Part shown: positions 57,808-64,000 of the stretch, piece after piece
Position numbering within the stretch: the stretch's first letter is position 1
Layout of the letters: each line of letters begins with the position of its first letter
Source: an uncultured Paenibacillaceae bacterium
GTDB taxonomy: Bacteria > Bacillota > Bacilli > Paenibacillales > CALAME01
Length of the DNA: 64,000 nt
Direction of reading: 5' to 3'
Assembly: GCA_937925675.1 (NCBI GenBank)
Contig: CALAME010000020.1
Location: 15,289 to 79,288, forward strand
Position numbers and translations under genes: made by a program
Notes under the pieces: model-generated
Told to the model about the DNA's origin: nothing
Database searches by the model: none
The model's input: only the letters and a program-made list of their open reading frames with translations

Positions 57808-59781
57808 CTACTCCTCGAATTCTGCAAAATTGACATTTTCCACGATCCACCGTTTGCGCGGGTCCACTTTGTCCCCCATCAGGATCGAAACGCGCCGTTC
57901 CGCCAAAACAGCGTCCTCGATTTCCACTTTGAGCAATGTGCGCGTCTCCGGATTCATCGTTGTTTCCCACAGCTGTTCAGGATTCATCTCACCCAGACCC
58001 TTGTAGCGCTGCAGTTCATACCCGCGCCCCCATTCGCTGGTGATCTCGTTGAGCTGTTCGTCCGTCCAGGCATATTTCACTTCCGTTGTTTTCCCTTTTC
58101 TGCGCGTGATTTTAAAGAGCGGCGGCTGGGCGATAAACACCCGGCCGTGATCGATCAACGGCCTCATATAGCGGTAGAAAAACGTCAGAAGCAGCACCTG
58201 GATGTGTGCGCCGTCCGTATCAGCGTCGGTCATAATGATCACTTTGCCGTACTGGCTGTCGTCCAGGTTGAATTCGGCGCCGACGCCGGCTCCGATAGCC
58301 GCGATGATGGCGCGGTATTCCTCGTTTTTCAAAATGTCTGCAAGCCGGGATTTTTCGGGGTTCATCGGTTTGCCCTTGAGCGGCAAAATCGCCTGATAAC
58401 GGGAATCGCGCCCCTGTTTGGCCGAACCGCCAGCGGAATCCCCTTCCACGATAAACAATTCATTGCGGCTGAAATCCTTCGACTGGGCCGGGGTTAATTT
58501 GCCGCCGAGATTGGAGCTTTGCGAACGTCCCTTTTTGCCGCTGCGCACCTCTTCGCGCGCCTTCCGCGCCGCTTCCCGTGCACGCGCGGCCTGGATGGCC
58601 TTTTTGATCAACATTTGTGAAACTTGCGGGTTTTCCTCCAAAAATACCGCCATATTTTCCGACAGAACCGCATCCACCGCGCTCCGGGCTGAAGCGCTGC
58701 CGAGCTGGTCTTTCGTCTGTCCGACGAACTCGACATCGCTCATGCGAAGGTTGATCACCGCGATCATCCCTTCCCTCAGATCGGAGCCTTCCAGGTTTTT
58801 ATCCTTTTCTTTCAGAAGACCGACCTTGCGCGCATACTCGTTCATGACGCGCGTATACGCCGTCTTGAATCCGGTTTCGTGCGTACCGCCACCGCGCGTC
58901 GGGATGGAGTTGACAAAGGATGCGATCGTTTCGGAATAGCCGTCATTGTATTGCAGGGCAATTTCGACTTCAATGTCGTCTTTCTCCGCAAAGAAGTGGA
59001 TCACCGGATGCAGCACATTTTTGTCCTCATTGATATATTCGACAAACTGCTTCGCACCGCCTTCGTATTGATACACCACTTCTTTGTCAATTCTTTCGTC
59101 CTGGAGCGTAATCTTGAGTCCCGAATTCAAAAATGCAATCTCCTGCAATCGTTCCGAGAGCGTCTCAAACTGGATCGAGGCATCCTTGAATATGCGCCGG
59201 TCCGGTTTGAAGCTCACTTTCGTTCCGGTCTTGCGGGTCTGACCGATCACCTCCAGCGGGGTGACCGGCTCACCCACATGTTCTTTTCCGGATTCGTCCA
59301 CCCAATATTCATAACGCTGACGGTGTATTTTTCCGTCGCGGTAAATTTCAACTTCCAGCCATTCCGAAAGCGCATTCGTAACGGAAGCGCCCACGCCGTG
59401 CAGACCGCCTGTTTTGCGGTATCCCGATCCACCAAACTTTCCGCCGGCATGCAGCACCGTAAAGACGACCTGCGGGGTAGGAATGCCCAGCTTATGCATA
59501 CCGGTCGGGATTCCCCTGCCGTCGTCAATGACGGTGACCGATCCGTCTTTATGTATCGTAACGTCAATGTTATAGCAATGTTTGGCCAAATGTTCGTCCA
59601 CAGCGTTATCGATGATTTCCCAAATCAAATGATGGAGTCCCGAAACACCGGTATTGCCGATATACATACCCGGCCGTTTGCGCACCGCTTCCAGGCCTTC
59701 CAGCACCTGAATGTCATCATCGCCGTACTGTTCCGGGGATGGGTTAGTTGAAGACGCAGTAAACAAATCCAGTTGTTCCAC
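57808..59781 (-). CDS. parE: DNA topoisomerase IV subunit B
   Basis: IQVLEGLEAVRKRPGMYIG, EGDSAGG and PLKGK. Start set to GTG at 59781 (SD AGGGGG, 8-nt spacing). The track ORF starts at 59829 without an SD. Confidence 0.9.
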   Translation of the reverse strand: MEQLDLFTASSTNPSPEQYGDDDIQVLEGLEAVRKRPGMYIGNTGVSGLHHLIWEIIDNAVDEHLAKHCYNIDVTIHKDGSVTVIDDGRGIPTGMHKLGIPTPQVVFTVLHAGGKFGGSGYRKTGGLHGVGASVTNALSEWLEVEIYRDGKIHRQRYEYWVDESGKEHVGEPVTPLEVIGQTRKTGTKVSFKPDRRIFKDASIQFETLSERLQEIAFLNSGLKITLQDERIDKEVVYQYEGGAKQFVEYINEDKNVLHPVIHFFAEKDDIEVEIALQYNDGYSETIASFVNSIPTRGGGTHETGFKTAYTRVMNEYARKVGLLKEKDKNLEGSDLREGMIAVINLRMSDVEFVGQTKDQLGSASARSAVDAVLSENMAVFLEENPQVSQMLIKKAIQAARAREAARKAREEVRSGKKGRSQSSNLGGKLTPAQSKDFSRNELFIVEGDSAGGSAKQGRDSRYQAILPLKGKPMNPEKSRLADILKNEEYRAIIAAIGAGVGAEFNLDDSQYGKVIIMTDADTDGAHIQVLLLTFFYRYMRPLIDHGRVFIAQPPLFKITRRKGKTTEVKYAWTDEQLNEITSEWGRGYELQRYKGLGEMNPEQLWETTMNPETRTLLKVEIEDAVLAERRVSILMGDKVDPRKRWIVENVNFAEFEE

Positions 59782-59832
59782 GAACAGGGCCCCCCTTTTT
59801 TTGGCGCTTCGTTTACCGTGACTATCCATTCA

Positions 59833-59846
59833 CGAACTTGCGTTCT
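59833..59846. promoter_or_regulatory. LexA (Cheo) box upstream of parE-parC
   Basis: cgaacttgcgttct = CGAAC-N4-GTTC, the same form as the boxes at lexA/yneA. It lies 2 nt downstream of a candidate extended -10 (minus strand TGgTATCAT, 59849-59857). Confidence 0.55.
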
Positions 59847-59907
59847 TAATGATACCATATTTACCGTTTTATCGAAAGACCAGCAATTTTTCCGCCAATC
59901 CGGGTGT

Positions 59908-60900
59908 TTAACTGTAAATATCCTGCCGCGTAAAAACGAGAAAGGAAACGAGTACGGACAGCGCAGCCCAAACGGTCAGCACCGCAAGCGAGAAGGGCAA
60001 TGTCATCCCGGGTACCGGAGGCATGCTGCCGGACAAATAAAGCGTGGTGCGCAAGTTGACCATAAAAAAATATTTGGCACTTTCCCATGCTGAAACCATA
60101 TTGACCAAAATGGTGCCCGCGATCAGCATGGCGAGCATGATGCCCATGCCGGCCGCGATCCCGCGCACAAGCACGGACAACATGAGCGATATACAGCCGA
60201 CGACCACACAGGAAAACCAGACGAGGCCGGCCTGCATCAGCAAATATTGCCAATGTTCGATCACCCGCACCTGATCGGTGAACACTTCTTCCCCGACCAA
60301 CTTGAATCCGACCATGACGGGCATAAGCCAGCCGCCGTATCCGAAAGCAAGGCCGGAGATCAGATAACAGAGCAGGATCGTGGCGAAAACGATCAGCGAA
60401 GTGTAGATCAGCATCGCTATATATTTGCTGAACAGCACTTTCCAGCGTCTGACAGGGCGTGCGAGCAACAGTTTGATCGTGCCGGACACCCTTTCCGCTG
60501 AAACGAGATCCGCCGCAATGACCATGACCATGAGGGGGAGAAACAGATTGACGGCATTATCGATAAACTGGCTTGTAAATGTGACCGCATTCGGTCGGGC
60601 CGGATCGATATTTTGTTCGAGATGGTAATTCAGTTTTTGAATCGATACCCTTAAGACCTGTTTCCACTCTTCCGGTACGCGCGGACTGCTTACCCGATTC
60701 GTATAATCCTGGATTTGTTGTTGCACGACGATGCGCCAGTCGTTCGTCCCCATCTGCTCCCGCATATTTTCAACGACCCTCATTTGCGCATAGGTAAAAA
60801 TCGGTATGATCACCGTAAGCAAAATGAGCACGATCTGGAATCGTTTTTTTCGCCACGTTTTCAACGTCTCATTCTGGACCAGACGGTACAGGCTACCCAA
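59908..60900 (-). CDS. ABC-2 type transporter permease
   Basis: 330 aa with ~6 TM segments. It overlaps the upstream ATPase gene by 8 nt. Confidence 0.75.
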   Translation of the reverse strand: MGSLYRLVQNETLKTWRKKRFQIVLILLTVIIPIFTYAQMRVVENMREQMGTNDWRIVVQQQIQDYTNRVSSPRVPEEWKQVLRVSIQKLNYHLEQNIDPARPNAVTFTSQFIDNAVNLFLPLMVMVIAADLVSAERVSGTIKLLLARPVRRWKVLFSKYIAMLIYTSLIVFATILLCYLISGLAFGYGGWLMPVMVGFKLVGEEVFTDQVRVIEHWQYLLMQAGLVWFSCVVVGCISLMLSVLVRGIAAGMGIMLAMLIAGTILVNMVSAWESAKYFFMVNLRTTLYLSGSMPPVPGMTLPFSLAVLTVWAALSVLVSFLVFTRQDIYS

Positions 60901-61807
60901 TGTGTTCTCCCTCCATCAACCTTAAGAACATCTCTTCCAGCGTCGGCGCTCTTGTCTCTACACCGTAAATCCGGATTCCCTCATCTACCAGCTTTTTGAC
61001 AAGTTCCGGCACAAGCTCCGGATCCATCCACGTGAAAAGCGCTTTTTCCTGAGACACATCCACGCGCACACCGCTTTCTTGCTCCAGCCATCCCCGAGCT
61101 TTGTCCAGGGGTGAAACTTTCCAGATCACCCGGTTTTCCCTGGAATGTAACAGGTCATGGACACTGCCGACTGCGATCAGTTCACCCTGGCGGATGATCG
61201 CTACCCGGTCGCACATCATCTGAATCTCGCTGAGCAAATGACTGGAAACGAGCAGACTGATCCCGTTTTTGGCCAACATGCGGACAAAATCGCGCAACTC
61301 GCGTATCCCCTGTGGATCCAAGCCGTTTGTCGGTTCATCCAGAATGAGCAGCTTCGGTCTGGCCAGCAGCGCTTGAGCGATACCGAGCCTTTGTTTCATG
61401 CCGAGCGAATAGGTTTTCACCTTATCGTGAATCCGGTTTTGGAGCCCGACGAGTTGAACGACTTCCTCCATCCGTTTCTGATCGACGCCGTCTGCCATGC
61501 GGGCGAAATGTTCCAAATTTTCCCACCCGCTCATAAACGGATACATCTCCGGATTTTCCACGATGCATCCGACGTTGGAAAGCGCCTGTTCCGGTTCTTT
61601 CTGTACCGATTTGCCGCAGATGAAAATTTCACCCTCGGTCGGTCGGATCAGGTCAACGAGCATGCGGATCGTCGTCGTTTTTCCGGATCCGTTCGGGCCG
61701 AGAAAACCGAACACTTCCCCTTCGCCAATCTCAAATGAAATGCCGCGAATAATCCATTTGCCGCCAATTTTTTTCTTTACATTCCGGACGGATAAAACCA
61801 TCAACAC
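60893..61807 (-). CDS. ABC transporter ATP-binding protein
   Basis: Walker A GPNGSGKTT, signature YSLGMKQRL, and Walker B LLILDEPTNGLD. Confidence 0.9.
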   Translation of the reverse strand: MLMVLSVRNVKKKIGGKWIIRGISFEIGEGEVFGFLGPNGSGKTTTIRMLVDLIRPTEGEIFICGKSVQKEPEQALSNVGCIVENPEMYPFMSGWENLEHFARMADGVDQKRMEEVVQLVGLQNRIHDKVKTYSLGMKQRLGIAQALLARPKLLILDEPTNGLDPQGIRELRDFVRMLAKNGISLLVSSHLLSEIQMMCDRVAIIRQGELIAVGSVHDLLHSRENRVIWKVSPLDKARGWLEQESGVRVDVSQEKALFTWMDPELVPELVKKLVDEGIRIYGVETRAPTLEEMFLRLMEGEHIG

Positions 61808-61819
61808 ACCACCAATCCA

Positions 61820-62668
61820 TCAAAATGGGGATTCGTCTCCACCGGGTGGCAAGAGCAATGAAGTGACTCGCTGGGCGATGCGGGCATATCCCGCTTCGTT
61901 CGGATGAAAGCGGTCCGATGCCAAAAAAGGGGCAGGATCGGGTTCAAACAGGTCAAAGGTCGGCACGACCGTAATGGTGTTATACGGAACGGAAAGGCGA
62001 AACACCTCGTAATTGAACTGTTGCACGAACAAGGAAGCCTCGCCGGATGGATCGAGACGGATAAACGGGTTGTACAGCGCCAAATACAGTATGCGCGCCC
62101 TGGGATTGATCCTGGCCAGTTCAGCAAAAATGGCGTCCAGCCTGTTCAATGTTGCCGGCATATTCTGACGCGCCTTCTCCACCGTTACTTCTTCACCGAA
62201 TGTAAACAGATCGTTACCGCCGATCGTCATCAGGATCAGGTCCGCTTGTTTCAACGCGGCGACGAGTCCTTGCTGCTCCCGGATCGCTTGCAGCAGCTGA
62301 TCGGTGCGGTAGCCGTTAACCGCAAACGGGATGAAATACACCGGCTCGTCCAACTGCTCAGACAACCATTCGCGTACCATGCCGGCATAACCGCGTCCGG
62401 AAACATCACCGGTTCCTTTGGTCAAAGAATCCCCGAGTGTCACTATCGTTACGCCCGGCGCTTTGATAATGTCCGTTTGCTCCGTCTCGATTTCTTCGGG
62501 TTTGCTCGTTTCCACATGGGCTGGCATGACGACCGTTTTGACGGCATAGACAAAACCGGTTGCCAGCGTGAAAAAAACGATGAGCGAAAGGAAGGCAATC
62601 GCCCTCCAAATTCGCGCTGAAGAGGGGGAATGCAAAGCCGGCACACCTCCAAATCGGTTCCATGGCAT
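61820..62668 (-). CDS. Membrane-anchored SGNH/GDSL hydrolase
   Basis: N-terminal TM segment, then TLGDSLTKGTGD, IGGNDL and DRFHPNEAGY. Confidence 0.75.
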   Translation of the reverse strand: MPWNRFGGVPALHSPSSARIWRAIAFLSLIVFFTLATGFVYAVKTVVMPAHVETSKPEEIETEQTDIIKAPGVTIVTLGDSLTKGTGDVSGRGYAGMVREWLSEQLDEPVYFIPFAVNGYRTDQLLQAIREQQGLVAALKQADLILMTIGGNDLFTFGEEVTVEKARQNMPATLNRLDAIFAELARINPRARILYLALYNPFIRLDPSGEASLFVQQFNYEVFRLSVPYNTITVVPTFDLFEPDPAPFLASDRFHPNEAGYARIAQRVTSLLLPPGGDESPF

Positions 62669-62707
62669 TTCCCATCCATCGTGAATCTGTTTCCTATGAC
62701 AAGCAGC

Positions 62708-62731
62708 AAAAAGCCGGCTTGTTCGCCGGCC
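62708..62731 (-). terminator. Intrinsic terminator after the deacetylase gene
   Basis: Stem gccggc / gccggc with a 6-nt loop, followed on the minus strand by ttttt. Confidence 0.6.
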
Positions 62732-62777
62732 TGATATGGAGATTGAACCGTTTCGCGCTGCGTTTTAGAGGCAGCAT

Positions 62778-63665
62778 TTAGCGACTGATGCTGACTCCGA
62801 CCAATTCCGGAACGGTTACAAATTCATACCCCTGCTGCTTCAACGTCGGTATGATCTCATCGAGCGCTTCCACCATGCCTCCCAAATTCTGCGTCCAATG
62901 TCCGCCGGAATGGAACAGCACGATCGCTCCAGGGTGTATGTGATCGAGCACGTTCCGCTTGACTTCTTCGGCACTGAGCTGCTTCCAGTCTTCCGAATCG
63001 ACCGTCCATCCGACAATGGTGTAGCCCATTTCTCCCAGGAATTCAACGATCGGTTCGGTCAATCCCCCATACGGTGCCCGAAACAATTTGGGACGATAAC
63101 CGACGATATTCTCAATCGCTTCATCCGTACTCGTCACTTCCCAATGTACCCGTTCCAGCGTTTCCTCATACAATTTCGGATGCCAATACGTATGATTGCC
63201 GATCACATGCCCTTCATCGGCAATACGTTTGGTCATTTCCGGGAGAGCAGCCGCCCGCGCCCCCATCAAAAAGAAGGTCGCTTTTACTCCGTGTTTTTTT
63301 AACACGTCCAGCACCTGTGGCGTGAACGTCAAATCCGGTCCGTCATCAAAGGTCAGCGCCACCTTTTTTTGATCCAACGGTCCCCTGAGCACCAAAATAT
63401 TCGGATATTTTCTTTGCAATTCCTGGTTGGAGCTCGGGCGCTTGGGACGAACATCGATTTCCGCCCCGCCTTCCAGTTGCGGCAGTTCCGACGGATCCTG
63501 TCTTTGCCCAGGATTTTTCAGCGATTCCGCTTTGACCGTCCCGTATGGTACCGTTTCGTCTGGCTCAGACAGTTGGTCCCCGCTGGTACATCCGCCGATA
63601 ACCAGGAAAAGGCATGTCGACAAAAGGATCCATGCGATCATGGTTTTTCGCTTGAAGTTTCGCAT
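62778..63665 (-). CDS. Polysaccharide deacetylase (CE4) lipoprotein
   Basis: Lipobox LVIGGC, plus NodB motifs TFDDGP and HTYWHP. SD AGGTGA lies 8 nt before ATG at 63665. Confidence 0.85.
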   Translation of the reverse strand: MRNFKRKTMIAWILLSTCLFLVIGGCTSGDQLSEPDETVPYGTVKAESLKNPGQRQDPSELPQLEGGAEIDVRPKRPSSNQELQRKYPNILVLRGPLDQKKVALTFDDGPDLTFTPQVLDVLKKHGVKATFFLMGARAAALPEMTKRIADEGHVIGNHTYWHPKLYEETLERVHWEVTSTDEAIENIVGYRPKLFRAPYGGLTEPIVEFLGEMGYTIVGWTVDSEDWKQLSAEEVKRNVLDHIHPGAIVLFHSGGHWTQNLGGMVEALDEIIPTLKQQGYEFVTVPELVGVSISR

Positions 63666-63750
63666 GAAAAAGATCACCTACCCATCCATCTGATATCCTG
63701 CCCCTTTTTGCGAAATGTTATCAGACGAGACGGGTTGAAAGTAAAAAATA

Positions 63751-63774
63751 AAAAAAACGCCGTTTAGACGGCGT
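63751..63774 (-). terminator. Intrinsic terminator of the upstream ABC transporter gene
   Basis: On the minus strand: acgccgt-ctaa-acggcgt followed by a U-run (7 U, then A, then further U). The stop codon lies in the loop. Confidence 0.75.
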
Positions 63775-64000
63775 CCAAATATTTGTATTGCGCTTCAATC
63801 AAACCGTAATACACTCCGCAGTGAGCCATCAGTTCATCGTGATTGCCGACTTCCTTGATCTCACCGTGGTCAAGCACCACAATTTTATCCGCATGCCGGA
63901 TCGTCGACAACCGGTGTGCGACGATAAACGAAGTTCTTCCGGCCAGTAGGGTTTTCAGCGCATCCTGGATTTTAACTTCGGTTTCTGTATCGATGCTCGC
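63764..64000 (-). CDS. ABC exporter (MsbA/MdlB-type) ATP-binding domain, C-terminal 78 aa; 5' end outside the window
   Basis: Own translation gives ASIDTETEVKIQDALKTLLAGRTSFIVAHRLSTIRHADKIVVLDHGEIKEVGNHDELMAHCGVYYGLIEAQYKYLDAV*. This covers the region just after Walker B through the H-loop (AHRLST). It is not in the ORF track because it is open at the window edge. Confidence 0.8.
   Translation of the reverse strand, partial: ASIDTETEVKIQDALKTLLAGRTSFIVAHRLSTIRHADKIVVLDHGEIKEVGNHDELMAHCGVYYGLIEAQYKYLDAV

Noticed and set aside
1-64000. Search for CRISPR arrays, tRNA/rRNA genes, IS elements, integrases, toxin-antitoxin pairs or defence-island hallmarks
   Set aside because: None were seen. Every gap longer than ~150 nt was read on both strands. 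The gaps contain only promoters, terminators, operators or the repeats reported above. Manual scanning could miss short or degenerate elements.

Overview
Core chromosomal segment of an endospore-forming Bacillales genome (relatively GC-rich by eye; not computed). Nearly every gene is on the minus strand. All calls come from reading the translations and recalling family motifs; no searches were run. Much of the gene order matches Bacillus subtilis blocks: rnz, metH | ynzC-yneA <> lexA (SOS node) | glnA-glnR-ynbB-hflX-spoVK | hfq-miaA-methyltransferase-mutL-[S41 peptidase]-mutS-[unknown ligase-like gene]-cotE | copA-copZ-csoR | araA | parC-parE. Other content: M32 carboxypeptidase, beta-carbonic anhydrase, a GH18 enzyme with a repeat array, mmsA plus Fe-ADH, a nucleotidyltransferase/GT4/alpha-toroid-like cassette, fumC, a FixABCX-type electron-transfer module, an ABC-2 exporter, two SGNH hydrolases and a polysaccharide deacetylase. 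I saw no rRNA, tRNA, CRISPR array, transposase, integrase or prophage gene. I found no clear-cut novel multi-gene system. The best candidates for undescribed biology are: (1) a 474-aa two-domain, glutamine-synthetase-like carboxylate-amine ligase candidate between cotE and mutS; (2) a roughly 300-nt leader with a strong-SD small ORF and a terminator-like hairpin in front of a three-gene glycosyl cassette; (3) a GH18 enzyme with six tandem ~45-aa repeats of unnamed type; (4) an orphan FixABCX module fused to fumC; (5) several unexplained short direct-repeat arrays in regulatory spacers (lexA leader, parC-marR spacer, mutS upstream). Operators for LexA, GlnR/TnrA, CsoR and AraR are readable directly in the sequence.
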